64,000 nt of DNA, from IMG/VR virus record IMGVR_UViG_3300011934_000017, positions 62,001 through 126,000 of that record, one strand, 5' to 3'. A program made the position numbers and the translations under genes. Shown here piece by piece: positions 43,526 through 52,597 of the stretch. The number at the start of each line of letters is the position of its first letter. Position 1 is the stretch's first letter. The notes under the pieces were generated by a model, which did not search any database, was not told where the DNA came from, and saw only the letters and a list, made by a program, of their open reading frames with translations.

Positions 43526-45579
43526 TATGATAGCTCCTCTATATCTAGTTCAAGTGTTCCCGAAGTGTTAGCGCTGGCAAAATCAACGTCGCTCAACCAA
43601 ATATGAGTACCCATGGAAGCCTTGTAATTACCTTCGCTGTCTACCACAGAATAAGAAGCGCGAGCATCCCGAGTGTCGGTTCTTAACGTTAAAAGAGAAT
43701 CGGAGCCAGCATAGTTTACACGAGTATTTGTGACGTTGTAAACGGGAACGCCGATAGGAGCAATGCGAGAAAGTGCGGGCATGGTTATCGTTGTCTTCGT
43801 AAAACCAGCAACAGCATAACTTAGATCAGGTTTTTCAGTTACAGGCATACCAGAAAGACCTTGTGCTGCTAGGTCCGAAAATACTGTAACACCACGAACA
43901 TCAGAGTTCGTGATTTTCAAGTTTCGAGACCAAACTGTATCGCTTTCTTTAGTCCAAACTCCTGTCCAAGAACCTACAGGAGGCGTTAAGAATGGAGAAG
44001 CATGTAATTCTTGATCAAACTCAAGTCTTACCTTATAATCAATCCCATCGGGCGAAGAGCGTAGGTGTGGAATTGGCGTAGCTTCACCTACTTCAAGTCC
44101 TGGATTTTGGAAAGACACTAAAAAGGGCGAAATAATTCCTTGAAAGTCTGTGCGATACACATACCAATTTTCACCGTTCTTAGATAGAGGAGCGGGACCA
44201 GTCGTTGAGCCTACAGAACCATCAGAAGGCCATGTTGCCCCATCCCAACCACCAACACTTCCCGTAGATAGATCAATAAACGTCGCTCGGCCTAACGCAG
44301 CAGGATAAGCAAAATATCCGTAACCCGCCGGAGCTTCTAAGAAGAAGTCCTGATCGTTTGTAGAGGAAAGTGTCTGTGCTAAAGAATCGATACCGGAGAC
44401 AGAAAGATTAGGAGACGTAGATGCTCCATAAACAGGAAGACTGGATATCTTCTGAGAACTGCCTCGAAGCACAGAATTTTCTATAACGAGAGACAGCATT
44501 GAAGGTGCGATACTGGAGATAGGAATATCAAAGACCCCTTCAAAGTAGGTATCGTTAGAGTCTTTCCAAGCACGAATTGTTATGCCTCCGGAAAGACTAT
44601 AAGTTGCCACATCCACAGTCAACGTGCGCGAAGAAAGAATAGCAGAAGGAGAACCGTCAAAAGTACCATGATCGAAAGAAAACTCGCTACGCTCTGCGTT
44701 CAGGTACGAAATAGTAGCCAAACACGTATCGTTAAGACCCAGAGCATCCTTGTTGTTACTGAAAGCTGAAAGTGTCACGGTCACTTGCGGAACTGTTTGA
44801 TCAAGGCGTATTGGATCCGACTCGAAGCTAGTTCCTTTTGTTCCTAATTGATTTTCAGCATACAGTGAGATCCTATTTAAACCAGAAGCATTGGATGCCT
44901 CAACAACACCGCTAAAGACTCTGTATCCATCAGAAGAACTATTAGCGGCACCTAAAGTTAAAGTATAGTTGCGAGAAGTGGCAGCACCTAAGTTTAAAGC
45001 TTTTATTTCGACAGCAGAGTTCTCAACAGAACCCTCGACAGAAATAAGGTCGCCAGCCTTAACTGCGGTCTGTACTCCGGGAAAAGCTGTCACGCTCAAG
45101 CTTGTAATAACAGGTCCGCTACCTTCGACGCTAATACTAATAGAAGCTTCAGTCCCTTGAGAGGACTTTAACGTTAAAGTACCACTTTCAGACATTTCAA
45201 TAGGTACGCTACCTGTAAACGAGTTCGGACTTCCTTCTACCCCTTCTACATTTGCGTAGCTTAATAAAACATCATTCATCCATACCGACACTTCAGGTGC
45301 ATCAAACGCGATTTTACTATCGCAGATAAAACCTACAGTAATAAAAGCAGTGTCCGAAACACAACTGTTGATTATTTTGTTAGGCGGTGTGGTGTCTTTA
45401 TACTGTTTGTTACCTACATTGCCTTCAGAAGTGGGCATAACGCTAGTGATGAATATTGGACGCTGTGAGGTATCGTTAAATACTTTATCCAAGTCCTCTT
45501 TTCGAATAGCATGATCGGGTTCCGTAGGAGCATAATGCAGACGTAAGAAGCCTAATGCTTCCAAATTGTGTGCTTTCAC
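43525..45579 (-). CDS. Virion structural protein, Ig-like, with one YGYFAYP domain (GTG start at 45579)
   Basis: GGAGAG RBS before GTG; AGYGYFAYPAALGRATF...GGWDGATWP...WYVYRTDF shared with 25083..30989. Confidence 0.65.
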   Translation of the reverse strand: MKAHNLEALGFLRLHYAPTEPDHAIRKEDLDKVFNDTSQRPIFITSVMPTSEGNVGNKQYKDTTPPNKIINSCVSDTAFITVGFICDSKIAFDAPEVSVWMNDVLLSYANVEGVEGSPNSFTGSVPIEMSESGTLTLKSSQGTEASISISVEGSGPVITSLSVTAFPGVQTAVKAGDLISVEGSVENSAVEIKALNLGAATSRNYTLTLGAANSSSDGYRVFSGVVEASNASGLNRISLYAENQLGTKGTSFESDPIRLDQTVPQVTVTLSAFSNNKDALGLNDTCLATISYLNAERSEFSFDHGTFDGSPSAILSSRTLTVDVATYSLSGGITIRAWKDSNDTYFEGVFDIPISSIAPSMLSLVIENSVLRGSSQKISSLPVYGASTSPNLSVSGIDSLAQTLSSTNDQDFFLEAPAGYGYFAYPAALGRATFIDLSTGSVGGWDGATWPSDGSVGSTTGPAPLSKNGENWYVYRTDFQGIISPFLVSFQNPGLEVGEATPIPHLRSSPDGIDYKVRLEFDQELHASPFLTPPVGSWTGVWTKESDTVWSRNLKITNSDVRGVTVFSDLAAQGLSGMPVTEKPDLSYAVAGFTKTTITMPALSRIAPIGVPVYNVTNTRVNYAGSDSLLTLRTDTRDARASYSVVDSEGNYKASMGTHIWLSDVDFASANTSGTLELDIEELS

Positions 45580-45595
45580 TTTTGACTCTCCAAAT

Positions 45596-45621
45596 AAAAA
45601 AGGGGCCAAAAGAGGCCCCTT
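45596..45621 (-). terminator. Rho-independent terminator
   Basis: Minus strand AAGGGGCC-TCTTTT-GGCCCCTT-TTTT. Confidence 0.8.
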
Positions 45622-45629
45622 ACGATAAA

Positions 45630-45896
45630 TTACGGTGCATAGTGTCGAAACATTTCTTCCGTGTCGTCGCAAGTGATGACTTGCTCACCGTTCAACACAG
45701 CAGCTTTTACAGATGCTCCAGCATTTTTGCATTTGTACCTGTAATCCGCATCATGTTGTAAGGGGATGAACATTGCGGTATTTTTAGGTCCAGAAGCGAG
45801 CACGTACACATGCTTTTCGCCAAGAAAAGAAACCACACGTTGTGAAATCTTAACTTCATTCAAATTTTCTTTTGTTAAATTAGTTACCATATCCAC
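45630..45896 (-). CDS. Hypothetical protein
   Basis: 88 aa; AAGGA RBS; operon spacing. Confidence 0.55.
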   Translation of the reverse strand: MDMVTNLTKENLNEVKISQRVVSFLGEKHVYVLASGPKNTAMFIPLQHDADYRYKCKNAGASVKAAVLNGEQVITCDDTEEMFRHYAP

Positions 45897-45906
45897 TGAT
45901 TCCTTG

Positions 45907-46269
45907 TTATTGCATAGTCACTTTAAAAGAGATATTACCTTCTCGGATCACCTTGGGGAGTTGATTCAAGGCTTGCTGCTCTGCTTGCTCTAACGTGTCC
46001 ATCTTATCGAAAAACGGCTGCTTCTCACGATCCGACAATGTGTTTCCATTTACCATGGGACGTACTTTACGCATCTGATCGCGGATGTGCGCAAGACGTT
46101 TTTCCCGCTCATTTACAAATCTAGGAAATACGTCAGAAGCATCGGGATGTTGAAGGCAAGCCTTTAACTCGTTTGAAGTTAACGCTATATAACTAACCGA
46201 AGAAGATTGCTCTGCCTTCGAAATTAAACTTTTTAATTCTAGTAACGGGTCGTCATAAACGATACGCAT
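45907..46269 (-). CDS. Hypothetical protein
   Basis: 120 aa; operon spacing. Confidence 0.55.
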   Translation of the reverse strand: MRIVYDDPLLELKSLISKAEQSSSVSYIALTSNELKACLQHPDASDVFPRFVNEREKRLAHIRDQMRKVRPMVNGNTLSDREKQPFFDKMDTLEQAEQQALNQLPKVIREGNISFKVTMQ

Positions 46270-46278
46270 AGGTTCCCC

Positions 46279-46476
46279 TCAGTGTAGGTAGGTGGAAGCG
46301 TTCTCTGAAAGAAAACGCGAGTTAGGAGGCTTAGGAAATATTCTAAAGCCTCGATACAGATGGCGATCAAACAAAGGATCGACAGACTTTATATTCTCAG
46401 TCATGGCAGGATCGTTTTGTTTGGCTCCCCAAATAGATAACGTATTCAAATAACGTCTTTCTTCGAAAAGCTTCAT
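46279..46476 (-). CDS. Hypothetical protein
   Basis: 65 aa; TAATG coupling to the gp5-like gene. Confidence 0.5.
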   Translation of the reverse strand: MKLFEERRYLNTLSIWGAKQNDPAMTENIKSVDPLFDRHLYRGFRIFPKPPNSRFLSENASTYLH

Positions 46477-47288
46477 TAACCGTTAGTCTCCGAGCGCGTA
46501 CATTGGATGCGATGCAACAGGTCTATCGTTTCCCAACGATTCTTTTTAACGCGAACCCAGTCGTTTCCATCAATAACAGTCTTTCGATTGCCTTTGATAT
46601 GAGTAGTCTGGTCGCCTGTTATATAGGTGTGCTGATTACCTGAATATCCTTTAGCTAATAGACCTTTAAAAGGCACACGCTTTGCTGGCTTGGCACTCAA
46701 ACCACTTAGAACGGTCTCTGGAGCATTTAGCAGATAGCCCGGAATGTCGCCTTTCGAACCTGACACAGTTAGCTGTTGGTTACCGATGATGTACTGATTC
46801 ACATCACCAAGAAAGGTCATGTTCAGATCGCCAGGATTATTGAAAAACACCTCATTGGTGCGAGTATCAATAATCATGTAGCAGCCGTTAGAGAACTTGA
46901 ATACGGCACGATCTGGATAGTTCACGTCTTGGTGTTCAGGAAGTGCAGTCTGATCATCGACAGTGTAAGTAGTCCACACAGGTCGATGTGGATCACCAGT
47001 AGGAAACTTCAGTCCCACTTTATGATCTTTCTTAGGAACCCACGCCATGCCGGAACGTTCGGTAGAGTTGCCTCCAGGATTATATGCGCCATCGGGATGA
47101 TTAAACTCCGGTATCGCCCACGGTAAATCACCGTCTGGAATACCATCGAACACGCCCTCAATGCGAGCTTGAATACGACAGATTTTTCTCTGGTCAAAAT
47201 TGTTTACGACTTTTGCTTCGTAAACCATGCGAGGATCAAGCCCTTGTTTTGACAGGTACTTCGTCGCATTTATTGTTCCTCCTGCCAT
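46476..47288 (-). CDS. Baseplate central spike, T4 gp5/VgrG-like (OB fold + beta-helix, no lysozyme domain)
   Basis: KVVNN.D....RIQARI.G......LPWA...VP....V...F..GDP.RP; C-terminal I.G[ND] repeats. Confidence 0.8.
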   Translation of the reverse strand: MAGGTINATKYLSKQGLDPRMVYEAKVVNNFDQRKICRIQARIEGVFDGIPDGDLPWAIPEFNHPDGAYNPGGNSTERSGMAWVPKKDHKVGLKFPTGDPHRPVWTTYTVDDQTALPEHQDVNYPDRAVFKFSNGCYMIIDTRTNEVFFNNPGDLNMTFLGDVNQYIIGNQQLTVSGSKGDIPGYLLNAPETVLSGLSAKPAKRVPFKGLLAKGYSGNQHTYITGDQTTHIKGNRKTVIDGNDWVRVKKNRWETIDLLHRIQCTRSETNG

Positions 47289-47291
47289 GAT

Positions 47292-47501
47292 TCACTCCAG
47301 AATTATTTGAACGAGTTCTTTTAGCTCTGAAATGGAGCTAGCCGAAGAATAATGGAAAAGACTTTCCATAACGCTATCCACATCAACTTGGTCTTGCTGT
47401 TTTAGCAGTAAAGAGGCTGCGGCGCTGATAGAGCCTGAGTTTAACAGATTAGCGGTTGAACGCACTACTTCCAATTCTAAGTGAGCATTTTTAGGTGTCA
47501 C
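47292..47501 (-). CDS. Hypothetical protein
   Basis: 69 aa; 4-nt overlap coupling. Confidence 0.45.
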   Translation of the reverse strand: MTPKNAHLELEVVRSTANLLNSGSISAAASLLLKQQDQVDVDSVMESLFHYSSASSISELKELVQIILE

Positions 47502-47863
47502 ACTTTTTCGCCTTTCGCTGTCCAGTACAAGGCTAAAGCTCGATTTTCAATAGGTAACATCAACAGGTTTTTGTAATACTTAGAAGCGGCTTCACCTGTC
47601 TGTCTTAGAGACCTGCTCATGCCTACGTAAGTTAGCGCTCCTGTTTCTGACATAGCGTTGGTAACATAAAGCTTGAGAGAATCTTCAGGCAAAGAAGTTT
47701 CGCAAGCGGCAATTAAGTTACTGTCTAAAACAGCAGGTTGCCCTTCTACGTGAATAATAGAGCCTTGTTGTTCCAATTCTTTATTCAGAATAAACTTGGA
47801 TAACCAGGCAGCTTTTTCATTATCGCTCATTACTCCCCAGCCCATTATTTCAAAATCTTCCAC
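47498..47863 (-). CDS. Hypothetical protein
   Basis: 121 aa; AGGAG RBS. Confidence 0.55.
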   Translation of the reverse strand: MEDFEIMGWGVMSDNEKAAWLSKFILNKELEQQGSIIHVEGQPAVLDSNLIAACETSLPEDSLKLYVTNAMSETGALTYVGMSRSLRQTGEAASKYYKNLLMLPIENRALALYWTAKGEKV

Positions 47864-47874
47864 AATGCTCTCCT

Positions 47875-48270
47875 CTAACTGAAAGAAAAACGTTCACCAC
47901 CTCTGCGAGTCAACGTCTCTTCGATATCTAGGTCATGCTTTTCCATTTCGCGTATATCAAACTTAACAGCATCGCAGCTATTTTTCTCTAGCTCTGTAAA
48001 ATTGTTTATGTCAATCGCTAAGAAGCCGCCGTCTTGGCCTCGATGTAACACAGATACCGTCCAAAGAACGTTCAGTTTGTTTTCATCTACGAAAGTCACA
48101 GGTTTAACACCTATGAAGAAATCGCATACCTCCGTAATATAGACACAGGAGTTTAAAAGATCATTGCGATGTTTTTTCAGATCGATTTTAGCAGCAGGAT
48201 CGTCTGTGGCTACACCTTGTCTAATCATAACGCCAAGATTTAGATGGCGTAGAAATTCAGAATGAAGCAT
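47875..48270 (-). CDS. Hypothetical protein
   Basis: 131 aa; AGGA RBS. Confidence 0.55.
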   Translation of the reverse strand: MLHSEFLRHLNLGVMIRQGVATDDPAAKIDLKKHRNDLLNSCVYITEVCDFFIGVKPVTFVDENKLNVLWTVSVLHRGQDGGFLAIDINNFTELEKNSCDAVKFDIREMEKHDLDIEETLTRRGGERFSFS

Positions 48271-48280
48271 GACTATTTCC

Positions 48281-51200
48281 TTAGAAAGATCGCGTATTTT
48301 TCTTTGACTGTTTTGGAGTCACAGAGCCGTGAGTAAGAGGAGTTTTCTTATTCGCTGTGATATCACCAAGTGCTCGGGCTATTTCACGATTCGACCGCTC
48401 ATTAGCTTTCTTCTGATCTGGCACAAACTTCTTTTTACCTGTTTTGGTGCGACCTACAATCTCTTCGTCTTCACCAAAGTCACGATTCAACATTGAAGGT
48501 CTACGGCCCATCTTTTGAGCAAGCACAGAGGAGCGCGTTCCTTCAGAGTAGTTCATAAGCTCGCGTAGGTCTTCATTGCCGCCAGAAGCGAAAGCACTTC
48601 CGTCATCACCACCTTCTTTGGGTCCGTACTTCGATTTAATCTCACCTACTTTCTTACTGTACTCTGACACCTTCTGCAAAAGCTCTAGGTCATCATCAGC
48701 ATCGGAAAGCAACGTGTCCAAGTTAAAGCCACCTGCCGCTGCAATAGCGCGAAGAGGAACGGGTACACCTTTTTCGGATAACGTAGTAAGCATTTCCATG
48801 TACTGCGTATCACCTTCAGGCTTTAGCTGCTTAGACCAGTGAACGTTAGGTATCAACAATCGAGTACCATCAGCCATCTTATCCAGATTAGCTTGCATGT
48901 TATCTGTATCAAGCAAGCCGTCTTTTCGAATCAGTTTACCACGTTCGTTGATTGTGTAGCCATTAACAAGGCTAACAAGCGGGAAAATCTTGTTGTAGAA
49001 AAGCTTGCGTGTCAGCATATCGCGGAATGCACGGATACTTTCAATGAATACCGTCAAGCTTGAGTCAGCAGTGTTGTGAACCACGAGACCATTCGCTACA
49101 AATGCAGGCTCTACTCCCGGCTGCATGGATATGTCGTAAACGTGTTGTTTACCGTTATCGTTGATAGATTTGATAGGAACAACCATATAACGAAGAGCAA
49201 CTAAGTCCATTACTCTACGATACATGGAAGGCGAAATTTGCTCCAATCTCTCAAGCAGACCGTTGTAATCGCCATTGTCGTATTTATCGTACATGAAGTT
49301 TTTACCGCACATGGAGTACATGTTTTCTCGGCAATTACGAAGTACGATAACTTGACCAGAATCATTCAAATAAGCTACACCTCCTCCGGCTGGACCGACT
49401 TTTCGTGCTTCCAAGAAGTCTTTAAGGAAGCGGTTAGGAAAACCATAGTCTTGTCTTGGTTTAACTCCGCGGTATTTACTCATATCCAGCTTTTTGGAAC
49501 ACAGATAAGTCTCAATCTTATTCCAGAATAGACGACTATCCGTGAAACTAAGCTCTACAAAAGATTTCCTACGGTGAGACAGAACACCGTGCGCAAGCAA
49601 CATGACCTGCACTTGTTCCATAAGTGTCGGGCTAGCAGAAGAAAAGGCAATTCTATCGCTGACATGTGCATCACCTTCCATGTACGCAGCCAAGAAAGCT
49701 AGTTGACTTTTCTCGTCGGCCTGCAAAACCGTCCAAGGTATTTCCTGATTATAGCTAGGCAGTTCACTTCCTTTTCGAGTATAAATAAAACCAAGTTCTT
49801 TGATCCAATGAACGATAGTTTTACTTCCTACTTCAAGAACATAGCAGTCTGCGTTTGCAACACCTGTCTTACCTTGAATATCGTAGTCGTCTGCTTTGGA
49901 AATACGTTTACGTACAGTAGCTTTGACTCCGAACAAATCTTTGAAGAATTTGGCTGTACGCTTGAGGAGCTTTTTGTCTGAGTTGGTGATAGCAAGCTTT
50001 TTGTCGCCTATTAGGTTACCTTCACTCACTAGCAAACCTAATAAGTACGCAAGCTTTGGTGTCATTTCAACAGGTTGCTTTAGATGTTTGCGCTTTCCAC
50101 GACGTCCTACTAAAGAGGTCTGATCTGTTAACTCGACAAGCAAACGATCGGAACGAACAAGTCCTTTTGTAGGAATACAAAGCGGATCTCCTAAGTTTAA
50201 GCTACCTGCTTGGATCCATTCTGTAGTTCCAGTGTCGTTAAAAACTAGGAATGGATGATTAGCAGTAGAAGCAAGTTCGTTTCCTTTTGAAGTAACGACC
50301 TTCAAAGTGTCGGCATAACCACTATACTTCCAAGAAGAGGTCTTCTCGTTTGCGTAGCGAGACTGCACAGTAGCGTCTAAGGGTACTTCAATGTCTTTTA
50401 AGGACTCGGAAGTATCTTTAGGTAGATGTTTTTCACCTACCATTTGATCAATACGAAGTAACCCCTTATTAGTAGGGATCAAAGAGTCGCCTGTTAAGCA
50501 AGCGTAGTTAGCCTCACCTGAGAGGAATGACTCACTGATACCGAGGGCGCGTAGCTTAAATGTAGCGGTGCTGTCCCATGTGTCTGTTACTTTCCAGAAG
50601 TCACCGCCTTGGCGAATTTCATCGGTTGTTACACCGAGGCGTGTTGCGATGATTGCGCCAAGCGGATCACTGTCAGCATTCATGAACAGGTCAGTCATGA
50701 ACTCCATGTCCGCTACAGTAGGTTCCCACTGGTCTCCATCACCCAAAGAAATATGAAGTATACCGCGCTGCCTACGACTAGATTCAACAAGCGTACCGCG
50801 AAACAGATTCTTTTCAATCAGGTAAAGAGGCAGTACGCGACGATAGAACGATACGCCTTCACCACTCGTGAAAGTCTTACGTGGAATATACACTGTAGTC
50901 AGCGGATCCAACTCAAGTGCATCTTGTTGGAGAAGCTGAACAACGTCTTCACCTAAACGGCTCTTCAAGTTTTGCATTCGAGGTCCGTCAGAACTCAACG
51001 ACGCTTGAACGCTCTCTGGAATTGATACTGTGATGATAGGGTCTTGACCGTAGAACGGCAGACTATCTATCTTGGCGTTATCATTACGATGCGGCATCAT
51101 ATCGAAGAAACGCTTGGAGCTTTTGTTGTATAACAGACTTCCGATGAATGCACCGTCTACCAAGTGGTCAGTAGATAGGTGAGGAAGAATAGTACGAATG

Positions 51201-51613
51201 TTAAGGCGTTCTACGGTTTCCCGAAAAGAACGCATGGCGCGTTTGTCTGTAACACCGCCGATTGTGAAGTCGGAGAACGGAAGCGTAGACAGCATATCGA
51301 CCGCACTTCCGCATACCGCATCGTTGTAATAAATATCTCGGTAAAGACGGTTAACTAGCTTCTTTTGTTCGAGGTCTTCCGAGAACACAATGTCTTTCAG
51401 AAGAGGATCAACGTCTACCTCAATAGGCATTTGGCTGACACTGGTGTTTTGCATACTTGTACCGGCGGCAGTTGCAGACCAATCTTTAGCCTCTGCGGGA
51501 ACACGGCTCTTACCTGAGCTATTTGTTCCTAGACTAGCTTTTTTGCCTGGAGGTGCCACCTCTTGCTGATCCGAAGAAGTTGCATACGTGGGTTTTCGCT
51601 TAAAGCGCATCAT
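48281..51613 (-). CDS. Probable portal protein containing an intein (~634 aa after splicing)
   Basis: Two genes downstream of the large terminase; YRDIY..D..CGSAVD, GVSFYRRVL and LRALGISESFLSG patterns are portal-like. Confidence 0.6.
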   Translation of the reverse strand: MMRFKRKPTYATSSDQQEVAPPGKKASLGTNSSGKSRVPAEAKDWSATAAGTSMQNTSVSQMPIEVDVDPLLKDIVFSEDLEQKKLVNRLYRDIYYNDAVCGSAVDMLSTLPFSDFTIGGVTDKRAMRSFRETVERLNIRTILPHLSTDHLVDGAFIGSLLYNKSSKRFFDMMPHRNDNAKIDSLPFYGQDPIITVSIPESVQASLSSDGPRMQNLKSRLGEDVVQLLQQDALELDPLTTVYIPRKTFTSGEGVSFYRRVLPLYLIEKNLFRGTLVESSRRQRGILHISLGDGDQWEPTVADMEFMTDLFMNADSDPLGAIIATRLGVTTDEIRQGGDFWKVTDTWDSTATFKLRALGISESFLSGEANYACLTGDSLIPTNKGLLRIDQMVGEKHLPKDTSESLKDIEVPLDATVQSRYANEKTSSWKYSGYADTLKVVTSKGNELASTANHPFLVFNDTGTTEWIQAGSLNLGDPLCIPTKGLVRSDRLLVELTDQTSLVGRRGKRKHLKQPVEMTPKLAYLLGLLVSEGNLIGDKKLAITNSDKKLLKRTAKFFKDLFGVKATVRKRISKADDYDIQGKTGVANADCYVLEVGSKTIVHWIKELGFIYTRKGSELPSYNQEIPWTVLQADEKSQLAFLAAYMEGDAHVSDRIAFSSASPTLMEQVQVMLLAHGVLSHRRKSFVELSFTDSRLFWNKIETYLCSKKLDMSKYRGVKPRQDYGFPNRFLKDFLEARKVGPAGGGVAYLNDSGQVIVLRNCRENMYSMCGKNFMYDKYDNGDYNGLLERLEQISPSMYRRVMDLVALRYMVVPIKSINDNGKQHVYDISMQPGVEPAFVANGLVVHNTADSSLTVFIESIRAFRDMLTRKLFYNKIFPLVSLVNGYTINERGKLIRKDGLLDTDNMQANLDKMADGTRLLIPNVHWSKQLKPEGDTQYMEMLTTLSEKGVPVPLRAIAAAGGFNLDTLLSDADDDLELLQKVSEYSKKVGEIKSKYGPKEGGDDGSAFASGGNEDLRELMNYSEGTRSSVLAQKMGRRPSMLNRDFGEDEEIVGRTKTGKKKFVPDQKKANERSNREIARALGDITANKKTPLTHGSVTPKQSKKNTRSF
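49073..50500 (-). mobile_element. Intein with LAGLIDADG homing endonuclease (476 aa)
   Basis: YA|CLTGDSLI block A; T.NHPF block B; LAYLLGLLVSEG and FLAAYMEGD motifs; VYDISM block F; FVANGLVVHN|T C-terminal junction. Confidence 0.93.
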
Positions 51614-51666
51614 TTAAATAAACCTCCAAGGCTTTCCTGTACTTTTTGAATGAACGTGATACTCAT

Positions 51667-51674
51667 TATTTACA
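51667..51674 (-). promoter_or_regulatory. TGTAAATA box upstream of the portal gene
   Basis: Intergenic; one mismatch from the T4 late promoter TATAAATA. Confidence 0.45.
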
Positions 51675-51676
51675 CC

Positions 51677-52564
51677 TTATACCCAGTCAGCGCTTAGCTC
51701 CCACGCTTTGCAACTCCAATAACCCGGTGTTGTTTTGTCTTTCTTGGTGCTACATTGATGGCGTGCCATGAAAGACTTTCGACGCGCAGGATCGTCACGT
51801 TTAATCGACATATTAGGATCGCCGAACTTGACTTGAATGATGTTTCCCTTATCGTTTTTCACGTACACGCCAAACTTCTTTTTGCTTCCCTTAGGCAGAC
51901 GAAACGGCTTTTCTAGCGTTACTTGCTTTCCCTTGTATTCACCAGAACTTGCTTCAACTGAACTTGCGGTCGATTCGTCTATACGCATTGCAGGCTTTAG
52001 AGGTTTGATCTTACGTGCAAAATAACTGCCTTGAGAAGCGGCTCTTTCGAGCGACGTAGCCTCTTTCTTCGACACTAGCTGATATTCCCAATGCGCTCCA
52101 TTGTGGAACGTTACATACAATATCTCTTTCTTCGGGTCGTGCACCAGTCGAGAGAATACGGAGCTATCCGCAGTAAGGACTGTGTGGCCTTCAGTTGTTT
52201 TCCTAGACTTGCGCTTTTCCTTAGGGTCTTTGCCTCCTATAAAAGGAAGTACCTTGTACCGGCTAATCTTTCCTTCGTACCCCTTAGAGTTCGCAATGAT
52301 ACGTCTAGCATCCGTGATATCGAGCCGAAATTGAACAGACAGATTAGACTCGTCCAGAATATAAGTAAAGCCACGGAAGTTTTTAACACCAAACTTCTCG
52401 CCTTTTGTTATCTCTAGCTCATACTCTTTTCTGTCAGAACCTACAACGTCAAGAACAAACTTTCGGCCTACGTATTCCAACCAACGGTACTTTCTTGGGT
52501 CCCTCTTTTCAGAAGCTAGTGCTTCAAATTCAGGTAATTGTGAAAAGGATCGCATATTAAGCAT
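51677..52564 (-). CDS. Three-domain protein: unnamed N-domain + KTSC + DUF6321-like basic C-domain
   Basis: KTSC: SSVF..L.HDP....LYVTFHNG..WEY..V......S.GSYF; C-domain YKGKQVTL.KP...KKF.VYVKN.KG....V.FGDPNM...RRKSF.ARH.C....GYWSC.AW. Confidence 0.7.
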   Translation of the reverse strand: MLNMRSFSQLPEFEALASEKRDPRKYRWLEYVGRKFVLDVVGSDRKEYELEITKGEKFGVKNFRGFTYILDESNLSVQFRLDITDARRIIANSKGYEGKISRYKVLPFIGGKDPKEKRKSRKTTEGHTVLTADSSVFSRLVHDPKKEILYVTFHNGAHWEYQLVSKKEATSLERAASQGSYFARKIKPLKPAMRIDESTASSVEASSGEYKGKQVTLEKPFRLPKGSKKKFGVYVKNDKGNIIQVKFGDPNMSIKRDDPARRKSFMARHQCSTKKDKTTPGYWSCKAWELSADWV

Positions 52565-52597
52565 AGTGAATTCCTGTTGAGAATATAATGGTTAAAA

